Source: Heterodontus francisci (Eukaryota). Taken from it: DNA of 64,000 nt. The notes beneath the pieces were generated by a model. The model had not been told where the DNA came from, ran no database searches, and worked only from the letters and a program-made list of their open reading frames with translations. The position numbers were made by a program, and so were the translations under genes. The stretch covers positions 744,001 through 808,000 of the forward strand of contig NW_027142279.1 in NCBI RefSeq assembly GCF_036365525.1, in the 5' to 3' direction. The first letter of the stretch is position 1, and the number at the start of each line of letters is the position of its first letter. Of this stretch, positions 25,292-36,205 are shown piece by piece.

Positions 25292-25870
25292 CACAATGGT
25301 ATGGGGCTGTCGCAAAATCCCCCTCTAGTCTAGATTGTTAAGTCTATTCCATTGAAGTTCTGACTGTTTCAATGGCCCGTAAAGGGTGTTGGAACAGGGG
25401 GACAGGAGGTGGCTGTTCAGCCCTTCGAGCCTCTTCCACCATGCAGTTAGATCAGGGTTGTTCTGAATCTTAACTCCATCATCCCACCTTGGTTCTGTAA
25501 CTGTCAATACTTCTGTTTAACAAAAATCTAACAATCTTGAATTTGAACTTATCAATCGACGCCCAGCCTCAACAGCATATTATTTTGTTGTGGGGGGTGC
25601 GGGGAGAGTTCCTGATATCACCCCTGAACGGCTCGAATTTAAATTGTTCTGGACTCCCCCCAACCTGAAGAAGCAGTTTCTCTCTATCGATCCAACACCT
25701 CAAGCACCTCGATTATATCAGCCCTTTAATGATCTCGATTCAAGGGACTGTCAGCTTAGTCTGAGTAACCAAGTCCTCATGATTTAACCCCTTTCTGCAT
25801 CTAATATCTGAACTTACTCCCCGCATATAAACCTAGATGTTGATCTGATAGGAAGAACAGAGTCCCTTAC

Positions 25871-25918
25871 CGAAAACTGTTAACTTGGTCCCGTCGCCGA
25901 AGTAAGCTATGTTTCCTG
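25871..25918 (-). CDS. TRBJ: Jβ2-2 GNIAYFGDGTKLTVF
   Basis: GTAAG donor; RSS CACAGTG-12-TCATGAACT. Confidence 0.93.
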
Positions 25919-26279
25919 CACAGTGGCCTAAACCCAGTCATGAACTGGCCCGGGAACTGTTACCCTTGCAGCTGAACGGGTCTGTGCCGGGCGGTTTACC
26001 GTGGAACACATCACCAAGCGGGTGTCCCGTTGGACTGGTCTTTGCGAACCAGAAGGAAGGGCCAGTGTCGTCCCGGGGAGAGAAACACCGCGCCAAAGTG
26101 ACAAACGGATGCTTGTGGCAGGAGGGAAATTAGGCGCAATTCTCGGCGGTCATGAGACAGATCTAACCGGCTGCCTAACTCGTTAAACTGTCCGGGGAGG
26201 AGGGGGGGGGGGGCAGTAAGCTTGGAATGCACACAGCTAGACATGAAGGTAGAGAGAACAAAAGACCCCTTTATCTTAC

Positions 26280-26330
26280 CTAACACCGTCAGTTTGGTGC
26301 CGGTCCCGAAATTGAGTGGTGCTGTTGTCG
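26280..26330 (-). CDS. TRBJ: Jβ2-1 TTAPLNFGTGTKLTVL
   Basis: GTAAG donor; RSS CACATCA-12-ACACGAACC. Confidence 0.92.
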
Positions 26331-26851
26331 CACATCAGCAAATCATGTTACACGAACCCGGTCGAAAACAGTTTGCTAAAAGTGACCTGCTCAGCATTTA
26401 GGAAGCACTGGTCAAGACAATCAGGACACACAAAGCAGCTTACAGCCAATGAAGCAGTTTGTTTAGGAAGTGGTCACCACAGGGAGACAGAGCAACTGAT
26501 ATTGGACCAAGGAAGTCCCATCAAACAGCAGTGAAATTAATGAGCAGATCATTGTGATGTTGGTTGAGGGATCAATATTGGTCCCAAGACACCGGGGTGG
26601 TGTTTCAGGGGTAAAAGAGTAACCAGTTTTCACACAAATAACACAGTTATTCTCTTTTCCAGAGGAATGCTCTAGGTTATAAAGCTGGACCATTCTGAGG
26701 CATCTACAAGATTGAAAGGGCCCAGCTCCCGCCATAATCCAGAGGAGATGTTTATTCGTTTACTCTGTTGCCACTGCTCTTCTGCTGATCTTCCTCGAGG
26801 TGTGTAGAGCGAGGTTTTTGTACGGAGGCTGCATTGGATTCTATCACAGTG

Positions 26852-26864
26852 TCCCCCCTGTCCC
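26852..26864 (-). CDS. TRBD: Dβ2 GGGACAGGGGGGA
   Basis: 5' 12-RSS (heptamer 26865-26871, nonamer 26884-26892) and 3' 23-RSS (heptamer 26845-26851, nonamer 26813-26821). Core matches the conserved vertebrate TRBD1 GGGACAGGGGG; open in all three frames. Confidence 0.97.
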
Positions 26865-27029
26865 CACGGTGATAGACACTCATACAAAAAAGAACGCGAA
26901 TTTTGCAAGGCCCTGCTTCTTCAAAGACTCCCGAGGGCTTCACTTGGTGAAGTCAGTTTAGATTGAGCTGCTGAAAGTTTTTTAGTCCTTTGGACCATAA
27001 TTAAAGGCCGTTCATTCCGTCTCAAAACT

Positions 27030-27200
27030 GTTAGCAGGAACTGGAGGTGGCCATTCCGCCCCTTCTCAGCCTGCTACACAGGTGCAGCAAGAGGCCATTC
27101 AGCCCCTCTAGACCTTGTTACACAGGAAGAAGAGGAGGCCCATTCAGCCCCTCTTGAGCTGCTTACACAGTAACAGGCCCATTCATCCACTCAAGCCTCC
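27030..27200. repeat. ~4 degenerate copies of the 44-bp satellite unit upstream of Dβ2
   Basis: aggccattcagcccctc...tgttacacaggaa units, followed by a (CCTT)n tract. Confidence 0.75.
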
Positions 27201-28478
27201 TTCCTTTCCTCTACTTCCTTCCTTCCTTCCTTCCCTTCCGTCCTTCCGTCCTTCCTCCCTTCCTTCCTTTCATGGTTTTTTTCTTGCTTGCTTTCTCTCT
27301 TGCTTTCTCTCTCTCCATTCCATCTCTCTGTTGCACCCCTTCTCCCCTTCCCCCTCCCCCATCCCTTACCCGCTTCATGATCCGCATTCTCTCTTGTACA
27401 ACGTGCAGGACCTCAGGACATACCGGCCACGGGACCTCAAACAGAAGCCACTTACTCTAGACAGTAAATCGTTCACACTGCTATCTCTTATCTTATCACT
27501 CAGAGAGACCCATGTTTGCCAAACTAGTGCAAGTTTCCCAGGTGTCGTGTTGATGTGTGCGGTGCTGTTATCATTCCTGCAGATCTCATTGCACACCAAC
27601 CCCCATCGCCATGCACCTGACATCAGGGAGAAAGGAATAGAAGTTTAGATGGAGTAGGGTGGGGGTGGGGAGAGGAGGCTCGTGTTCAGTATCACCACTG
27701 GCTTGATGACACATTTCTGGGGGGATTCGAGCAATGTTTGAAAATGAATAATCCGCCCTCTGAGAAAATGGGTCAAAAAAGGAACTCCTTCCTTAACAAC
27801 ACTGTGGAAATACCTAAAACACATTGAACGCAGGCGTGACGCCAGCAAAATGATAATGTTGCTGGGCTAGTAATCCTGCAGCCCGGGCTAGTGTTCTGGT
27901 TGTGTGAATTCAAATGGCCGCAGATGGGATTTAAATTCAGCTGATTCATAAAAATCTGTCAGGGTGCCATGAAACTGTCGTCGATTGTCATAAAAACCCA
28001 TCTACCATCTTCTATGGGACTGCAAACCTGCAGCATGCAGTTGACTGTTAACTGCCCTCTGAAATTGCAAAGCACTCAGTTCAAGGGCAATTAGGGATGG
28101 GCAACAAATGTTGGCCTTGCCATCGATGCCCACATCCCATGACAAGAATAAAAACATGGCCTAACAAACCACTCAGAAGGCAATTATGGGTGGGCAATAA
28201 ATGCATCCCAGCACGAATTAACAATGACTTTTCCTGTTCATTTTTGTCTGTATTTTGCTCCCAATCTGTGCCTCTCTGCATATGGTTGCCTCCCTAGCCT
28301 TCTTCCACTCTCCACCTCGCCTTTCCTCTATGTTTAATTGTTTTAACCTTTGCTTCTTTACTGTAATGCTTACTGTTTATTTTTCCAAATTTCATGTTCT
28401 CTCCCCTTTCTTCAAACGGAAGGGAGCAAACTGCCCAACAGTTTCAGTGCTGATTGAGGCCACTGATATATTTCGACA

Positions 28479-28816
28479 CAGTGGCGCAGTGGTTAGCACC
28501 GCAGCCTCACAGCTCCAGGGACCCGGGTTCGATTCCGGGTACTGCCTGTGTGGAGTTTGCAAGTTCTCCCTGTGTCTGCGTGGGTTTTCTCCGGGTGCTC
28601 CGGTTTCCTCCCACAAGCCAAAAGACTTGCAGGTTGATAGGTAAATTGGCCATTATAAATTGTCACTAGTATAGGTAGGTGGTAGGGAAATATAGGGACA
28701 GGTGGGGATGTTTGGTAGGAATATGGGTTAGTGTAGGATTAGTATAAATGGGTGGTTGATGTTCGGCACAGACTCGGTGGGCCGAAGGGCCTGTTTCAGT
28801 GCTGTATCTCTAATCT
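28479..28816 (+). mobile_element. tRNA-derived V-SINE (HE1-like)
   Basis: Pol III A box GTGGCGCAGTGG, B box GGTTCGATTCC, V-domain tgtgtggagtttgc...ggtgctccggtttcctccc, and a LINE-type 3' tail. Absent at the paralogous sites ~22810 and ~32690. Confidence 0.88.
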
Positions 28817-28830
28817 AATATTCTACTCAC

Positions 28831-28888
28831 CCAGGACCGTTAACTTCGTGGCATCTCCAAAATATGATGGATGGTTACTTCCTGCTCC
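28831..28888 (-). pseudogene. TRBJ: Jβ1-9 GAGSNHPSYFGDATKLTVL, nonamer deleted
   Basis: FGDA motif; heptamer CACATCA and spacer present, but the ACAAAAAC seen in paralogs J2-6 and J1-5 is missing. Confidence 0.8.
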
Positions 28889-29409
28889 CACATCACCATG
28901 TCACAACATTCCTCAACAGTGTCCTGCTTATTTGCATTGTCCCGATCATTAATATTTGATATGGGCCTTTGAGTGACATAGGCCAAAGTAAACTCATAAA
29001 CTAACCAGGGTGTTTGGCAATTAAAACTAGCAACATTCCCAATACTGGCTCTGCATCAATGTATGGACCAGTTCGTCAGATGTCCACAGAAACAGCTCTG
29101 ACAATATTGGAAAATTTTACTTGGAGTTCGTCATAATTATTAAGTAAGTTGTGCATGTAGGATGGGGACCTATTAGTTCAGTTAGCTAGATGGTTCACGT
29201 GTGATTCAGAGCAAGGTCAACAGCAGGGGTTCAGTTATCGTCTTGTTCTGACGAAAGTAACGGGAAACCGCCTTACCTACCTTTTTCCCTTGTCATTCTC
29301 ATCTCTCCTGCTGGAGAAAAGGAGCACAGAGCCATGGACAGAACATCTGCATGACACAGGCAATATGAAACCAGCCATCCTGGCTTAATCGAATAAACAT
29401 GTAACTCAC

Positions 29410-29466
29410 CCAAAACTGTTAGAGTCCAGCCTTCCCCAAAATGTAGAGTCTGGATGTTCCCGCCTA
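29410..29466 (-). CDS. TRBJ: Jβ1-8 GGNIQTLHFGEGWTLTVL
   Basis: GTGAG donor; RSS CACTATA-12-ACCAAAACA. Confidence 0.85.
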
Positions 29467-29625
29467 CACTATACTAAACAACAGTACCAAAACACAGCGT
29501 TGGGTAGACAGGTACAGTCTCAAACAAGTAATGTATCTATATCTAAACACAAAGATGGATGCACAGATACATTGTGGATCGATCGAACAATGGATATTTG
29601 CACATTTATGTAGATGGGATATTAC

Positions 29626-29660
29626 CTAAAACTTAGATCCAGTTCCGATTCAGCAGAGCA
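29626..29660 (-). pseudogene. TRBJ: Jβ1-7 relic (deleted paralog of J2-4/J1-3)
   Basis: Donor and flanks align with 23651-23730 (tacctaaaac...ccagttccga...atccctg...aaaacctctca) with internal deletions and no heptamer. Confidence 0.65.
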
Positions 29661-29949
29661 AAACCTAGATCCCTGAATAAAACCTCTCAACTCTCTGTGG
29701 TTCTATCCCAAGAGAGCCTTTCACAACAATGGAGAACCGACAAGTACAGGAATATTGGCTGACAGCAGCACGAGAGCATAAATTGACCGTTCAGCCCTTC
29801 GAGTAGGATCCGACATGCAAAAAGATCATGTATCTTCGTATCGTCAAGGTGGATGGAAAGAAAGGTGCAGAGCTGAGTGGTTAAGTGCACAGCTCTCAAT
29901 GGTGGATTGATGGAAATCGGACAGTCCAGAATTTCAGGATCACAAAGAT

Positions 29950-30170
29950 CTCGGAGAGTTGTAGAGGCTGGAGGAGGTTACAGAGATAGGAAGGGTTGTC
30001 GGGGCTGGAGGAGGTTACAGAGATAGGGAGGGATGTAGGGGCATGGAGGAGGTTATAGACATAGGGAGGGTTGTCGGGACTGGAGGTGGTTACAGACATA
30101 GAGAGGGTTGTAAGGGACTGGAGGAGGTTACAGGGATAGGGAGGGTTGTAGGGTGCTGGAGGAGGTTGAG
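29950..30170. repeat. ~37-bp minisatellite (GGGGCTGGAGGAGGTTACAGAGATAGGGAGGGTTGTA), ~6 copies
   Basis: Direct tandem copies; a degenerate relative lies at 19410-19570. Confidence 0.85.
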
Positions 30171-31916
30171 GCGCTTTTAAAAAACTCCTTCATGGGATGT
30201 GGGCGTCGATGACAAGGCCAGCATTTGTTACCCATCCCTAGTTGCCCTTGACAACTGCGTGGCTATTTCAGAAAGCAGTTACGAGTAAAGCAAAATAGTT
30301 AATAGGTAGAATGAGGTAGAAGTCTTGTTTCAGCTATACAAAGCCCTGGTTACACCACATCTGGAGTTCCTCTGAGCATTTATGGGCACCAGACATTAGG
30401 AAGGATATGCTGGTCTTGGGGGAAGTGTAATGTAGATTAAACAGACTGATACCTGGACGCCAAGGGTTAAATTGCAAGGAAAGATTCGACATTTCCTATT
30501 CTTTGGAAAAGAGAAGGTTAAAGGGTGGTTTGAGCAAAGTTTTCAAGGTATTAAGGGGAATGCATGATGTAGATGGAGAGAAACGATCTCCATTGGTTGT
30601 GCAGTCTAGATCTCCGGGACAGAGTTTAAGAATTAGAGCCAGAACTTTTCAGGCATGAAATTAGAAAACATCTTTTCACATAAAGGATGGTAGAAGTTTG
30701 GAACTCTCTTCTGCTGGAACAATTGTCAATTTTAAATCTCAAATTGATAGATTTTTGTTAACCATAGCTATTAAGGGATTATGGGGCAATGGGGGTAGAT
30801 GGAGTTAGGTCACTGATCAGTCATGATCGCATTGATTGGCAGAACAGACTCGAGGGGCCGAATGGACTACTCCTGCTCCTGTGTACCGATGATCCTATGT
30901 TCCTGTAACTTCTATTTAAACATAGAGTCAGCATTCTGCTTCAGTTAGAGTGTCCCAAATTCTGACAACTCTGAGTGAAAAGGAATCTAGTAATTGTCCT
31001 TGTAGATCTTTTGTCAATGATTTTAAATATCTGACCTTTGTTTATTGACCCATCCACCAGTAGAAATAATTTCCCCTTCAAGTAATTGTCCAGTCCCCCT
31101 TTTGAAAGTTACTATTGAGTCTGTTTGCACCACCCTTTCAGGCAGCGCATTCCAGATAACAACACACCGCATAATTGTTTTATTCTTCATATCACCCCTG
31201 TTTATTTTGTCAATTACCTTAACTCTGTGCCCTTTGTTTACCAACGCTTCGAGCATTGGAAATTGTTTCTGAGCATGTACTGTGTCCAAAGCCTTCATTG
31301 CTTTGGACACCTCTGTCAAATCCCCCCTAAACTTTCTCTGCTCTAGTCTCTAGACGCAACTGAAGACCCTCATCGCTGGAACCAGTCGAATAAATCATTC
31401 GTGCAACCACTCTAAGGCCTTGACATCCATCCTAACATGTGACACCCACAATTCTCCAGCTGGGACCTAACCAGCGATTCATCGAGGTTCAGCTTAACTC
31501 CCTTGCTCAACTCCTCGTCAATCCTTCTTTAACGAAGGTACTTTCCAGCTTCCTCAACTCTTTATTCTAAATTTCTTGATTGTCACGTATTTGTCCCTGT
31601 ACCTCACTCCTATCATCAACTCGCATTACGCCGATTTAGCTACATTAGGGACTGGATTAGGCCATTCAACCTCTGATATCCAAGGTACTTATCACATGTC
31701 GATTTCCACATGCACAATACGTCTCTAGTTTGTTTCAGGAAATATTCCATATGGGGCTCGGAAGTAATGCATGAAGCCGGAACACAAATACAAGGTGTAT
31801 GTTTCTATATAAGGTCCTCAGATCCACAACTAGGTTTGAATAATTTTAAATTTCAACTAGACATCCCTCTGATTCCACTTTCCTTTAAAGAGCTAATTCG
31901 ATTCTATCTCACTTAC

Positions 31917-31968
31917 CTAAAACCATGAGTTTTGAATTACCCCCAAAAGTATAACCATCGTTGCCTGA
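31917..31968 (-). pseudogene. TRBJ: Jβ1-6 SGNDGYTFGGNSKLMVL, likely non-rearranging
   Basis: Heptamer CGCAATG (invariant CAC broken), FGGN motif, intact GTAAG donor; paralog of J2-7. Confidence 0.75.
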
Positions 31969-32708
31969 CGCAATGTTACACTTTTGTATCAGAACTCGCG
32001 TTTCTTCAACTCGATACACAATAGTTAATGAACATAGTTGGAACATTTTGCCTTGTGTTATATTCATTATTCCACCCTATTGCTCTTTATCTTATATTCT
32101 GTTACAATTGATCTCCTTGTCTCTGTCTCTTTTTCACTGTTTTAAATCTAATTTCCCATCTCCCTCCAGTTTTGTCTGCTGTTTGCTCTCCATCTGGAGT
32201 TAAGAAGAATGGGAGATGATCTTCTGGGAAATTCTAAGATTCTGAGGGCGCTTGACAGGGTAAAGGCTGAGAGAATGTTCCCATGTAGAATTAAAGGGCA
32301 CAGTTTCAGAATGAGGGGTCGCTCATTTAGGACGGAGTGGAGAAGGAATGTCTTCCATCAGGGAGTCGTGAATCTTTGGAATTCCCTCCTCCAGAGCGCT
32401 GTGGAGACTGAGCCCGTGAATGCATTCAAACTGAGATAGAGAGCGGAGCCAAGGATTATGGAGAACAGGTAGGAAAGAGGGATCGAGGCCAACATCAGAT
32501 CAGCCATGATCTCTGGTTGCAAATTCCTCTCTCACCAGCCCTCCTCCAATCTCCTACATTTAGCTATTTACATTCTTGCTTCTTCAATGCAATGCTTACT
32601 CTTTTGCCTGTTTTCACATTCTCTCGCCTTTCTTTAAATTGAAGAGAGTAAACTAGTCGACGTTTTCAATGCTAGTAAGAGACGTATTTTGACTAACATC
32701 TCACTTAC

Positions 32709-32766
32709 CCTGGACAGTTAATTTAGTGCCATCTCCAAAATACATAGGTTGAATACTCCCTGCTCC
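32709..32766 (-). CDS. TRBJ: Jβ1-5 GAGSIQPMYFGDGTKLTVQ
   Basis: GTAAG donor; RSS CACATCA-12-ACAAAAACA. Confidence 0.92.
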
Positions 32767-33110
32767 CACATCATCACCTCACATCACAAAAACATTCCCC
32801 AACTCTCTTCTGGAAGAAAAGAAACTCACTGGGCCATTCCTTAATATTTGATAGTGGCCTCTGGTTAACGCAAGCTAACTGTAAGTTAATGTAAACTCGT
32901 GGACTAACCAGGCAGTTTGCAGTTATAACTAACAGAATTCCCAAGACTGTCTGCCCCGTCTATATGTGGACCCGTTCATCAGTTATCCACCGTGGCAATC
33001 CTGACAATAGGAGATTTTCTCTAAGTCCCTCACAATTATTCATTCAATCCTTCTTGCAAGATGTTTACAGGTGACCCTTGCTTCACTGAAAACAAAGAAA
33101 CTGAACTCAC

Positions 33111-33167
33111 CCAAAATCGTCAACGTGGACACGTCCCCAAAATGTAGCAGGTTGGTATACCCGCCCG
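33111..33167 (-). CDS. TRBJ: Jβ1-4 GGYTNLLHFGDVSTLTIL (FGDV motif)
   Basis: GTGAG donor; RSS CACTGCA-12-ACCAAAATA. Confidence 0.8.
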
Positions 33168-33382
33168 CACTGCACTAAACAACAATACCAAAATACAACG
33201 ATGGGTAGACAGATGTCTAGACAAACAAATAGATAGATAGGTGGACAAACAGACAGACAGATGGATCCACAGTCCAACAAATAGATAGGTACATTGATAG
33301 ATAGATAGATAAATAGATAGACTTACAGATGAAAAGATGTATTTACATAGATAAATATATACATGTGCAAACATAATCTTAC

Positions 33383-33432
33383 CTAAAACAGTGAGTTTAG
33401 TCCCAGCTCCGAAATAATAAATGTCACCAGAG
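33383..33432 (-). CDS. TRBJ: Jβ1-3 SGDIYYFGAGTKLTVL
   Basis: GTAAG donor; RSS CACAATG-12-ATTAAAACA. Confidence 0.93.
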
Positions 33433-34937
33433 CACAATGATAAACTCATGTATTAAAACATCACCTGTCTTTGAGCCCTTTCCCGAAGTAGCCCCTCATA
33501 ATAAGGGAGAACCGACAAGTATAAGGAAAATTTGTCCATAGGAACATAGCAACTGGGGAACAGGAGTTGACCATTCAGCCCTTCGTGCTTATTCCGACAT
33601 TTAATTAGATTATAAATTATTTGTACCATAACCCCATCGACCTGCCTTCTTGGTTCCATAACCATTAGCATCTTTGCCGATCAAAAAATAATCAACCACA
33701 CATTTGAAATTTTCAGTTGACCCCTCAGCTTTCTGTGGGAGAGATTTCTGGATTCCACGGGGCATTTTGGAAACAAGTCCTTCTTGACATCACTCCTGAA
33801 TGGTCTAGCTATCAGTGTATGATTTTGCTCTCTTGTTCTGGACCCATCACACCAGAGGAAATATCAGATCCTACCATTATCTTAAACACATCAATTGGAT
33901 CACCCCTGAATCTCAAATTCTCAATTTACTGCAATCCTACTTTAAACAACACATCGTCATAAATTAAACTCTTTCAATTCCGTTATTATCCTGGGTGAAT
34001 GAGGAAAGGTCATGGGGCCCTTGACACCTCATTGTCCACTGGATATGGGTAGCCCACCAGTTCGATTAGTAACTTGAAAATACTGGGTCTCAAAACGGTT
34101 TCATTCATTGCCGCTCGAGGTTAAGAGGGAATAGATAGAATTATACAGAATTTACAACACACAAACAGGCCATTCAGCCCATCTGCTCCATGCCAGTGTT
34201 TACACTCCACTTGAGATTCCTCTCATCCCCTTCGTTCAATTCAATTTTTTTTTATCCAATCTACTTTTTTAAACCCACTCCTTGTAGTATTGAGTTCCAC
34301 ATTCGCACCACTGTCTGGGTAAAGAAATTTCTCCTGAATTCCCTATTGAATTTATTACTGACTGTCTGACATTTATGCTCTCCCCGTTCTGGTCTCCCCA
34401 CAAGTGGAAAAAACTTCGGTGTGTCTACCCGATCGAAACCCCTTTCAAAATCGTACAGACCTCTACCAGGTCACCCCTCAAACTTCACTGCTCTCGAGAA
34501 CGGAGTCCCAGTCTGTCCGACCTTCCCCAATAGTTATAACAGTTTGGGCAGCACAGCTGTTAATCTGTATTGACTTACCTTATCCAGAGCCTCTACATCA
34601 TTTCTTTTATAATATGCAGACCAGAACTGCATACTGAACGATGCAATCTGACATTTTTCGTTCTATGTCTGTGTCCTCTTGTTCTTCTCTTACAAGCGCA
34701 ATCATTCTATTTGTATCTACATTGCTGTTTGTTCTGTTTATTTTAGAGACCCTCCCTTATGTATCCACTCAAACCCCTTCCCTACAGTGAAACGAATTCG
34801 GCAGTTGTAGGTCTCCATTTGTAAGCTGAAGAATTGTAATTAATTCACCAAATTTCTATATTTTCACCCCCTCGACCACCTCACGTGAATTCCCAAATTG
34901 AATCAACTTTTCCAGTATTAGGAATGCATTCACTCAC

Positions 34938-34987
34938 CTAAAACCACCAGTTTGGTCCCATCTCCAAAATATGCTTCGGTATTGGAG
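34938..34987 (-). CDS. TRBJ: Jβ1-2 SNTEAYFGDGTKLVVL
   Basis: GTGAG donor; RSS CACACTG-12-CACAAAATC. Confidence 0.93.
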
Positions 34988-35621
34988 CACACTGGTATGG
35001 GGCTGTCACAAAATCCCCTTCAATCCCCTTAGATTGTTAAGTCTGTTCCATTGAAGTTCCTATTATGTAAATGACCGTAAAGGTCGTAGGAACATGGGGA
35101 CAGGAGGTGGCCATTCAGCCCTTCGAGCCTGTTCCACCATTCAGTTAGTTCAGGGTTGATCTGACTCTTAACTCCATCATCCCTCCTTGGTTCTGCAACC
35201 CTCAATACTTTTGTTTTACACAGGTCGATCAATCTTGGATTTGAATTTATCAATTGACCCCCAGTCTCAACTGATTGTTTTGGGGAGGGAAGGAGGGGGG
35301 AGAGAGTTCCTGATTTCCACTACCCTTTGTGTGAAGAAGTGCTTCCTGATATCACCCCTGAAAGGTGATAATTTAAATTGTTCTGGACACCCCCCAACCT
35401 GAGAAAGCAGCTTCTCTCTCTATCTATCCAACACCTCAAACCCCTCCATTATATCAGCCCTTAATGTTCTATATTCGAGGGACTGTCAGCTTAGTCTGAG
35501 TAACCAGTCCTCATGAGTTAACCCTTTAATGTATCTAATATCTGAACATTACTCCTGGTGATTTTTAAACTAGATATAGATTCTGATCGATAGGAGGAAC
35601 AGAAATACAGAGTCACCTTAC

Positions 35622-35669
35622 CCAACACTGTCAACTTGGTCCCATCGCCGAAGTAAGCTATGTCTTTTG
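35622..35669 (-). CDS. TRBJ: Jβ1-1 KDIAYFGDGTKLTVL
   Basis: GTAAG donor; RSS CACGATG-12-TCATGAACA. Confidence 0.9.
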
Positions 35670-36051
35670 CACGATGCTCCAAACTCAGTCATGAACAGAC
35701 CCGGGAGATGTTCCCCTTGTAACTGAACGAGACAGGGCGGGGTGGTTCACAGGCCAGGGTCATATTGGACTGGTCTTTGCAAACCAGAAAGAAGGGCCAG
35801 CGTCGTCCACACAAATGTAATCACATTTCCACACAAATGACACACAGTTCTTCTCTTTTCCTCAGGATTGTTCTAGGTTTTCAGGCTGGACCACTCTGAG
35901 ACATCTTTAAGATGAAAAGGGCCCAGTTCCCGTTATAATCCAGGGCCATGTTGACTCGTTTACTCTGTTGTCACTGCTCTTCTGCTGATCCTCCACCAGG
36001 TGTGTAGAGCAAGGTTTTTGTACGGAGGTTGCATTGGATTTTATCACCGTG

Positions 36052-36064
36052 TCCCTGCTGTTCC
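36052..36064 (-). CDS. TRBD: Dβ1 GGAACAGCAGGGA
   Basis: 5' 12-RSS (heptamer 36065-36071, nonamer 36084-36092) and 3' 23-RSS (heptamer 36045-36051, nonamer 36013-36021). Flanks are paralogous to Dβ2; open in all three frames. Confidence 0.96.
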
Positions 36065-36205
36065 CACAGTGATAGACACTCACACAAAAAATAGGAACGC
36101 AAAACTTACATGTCGCCGCCACTTGAAGTGCTCCCGAGGTCTTCACCTGGTGACGGCAGTTGAGACTGAGGTGCTGAAATTTAGTTAGACCTTTGCAGCA
36201 CAATT

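Noticed and set aside
28479-28550. tRNA gene
   Set aside because: The A/B boxes belong to the SINE head and are followed by SINE body and tail; no full cloverleaf is evident.
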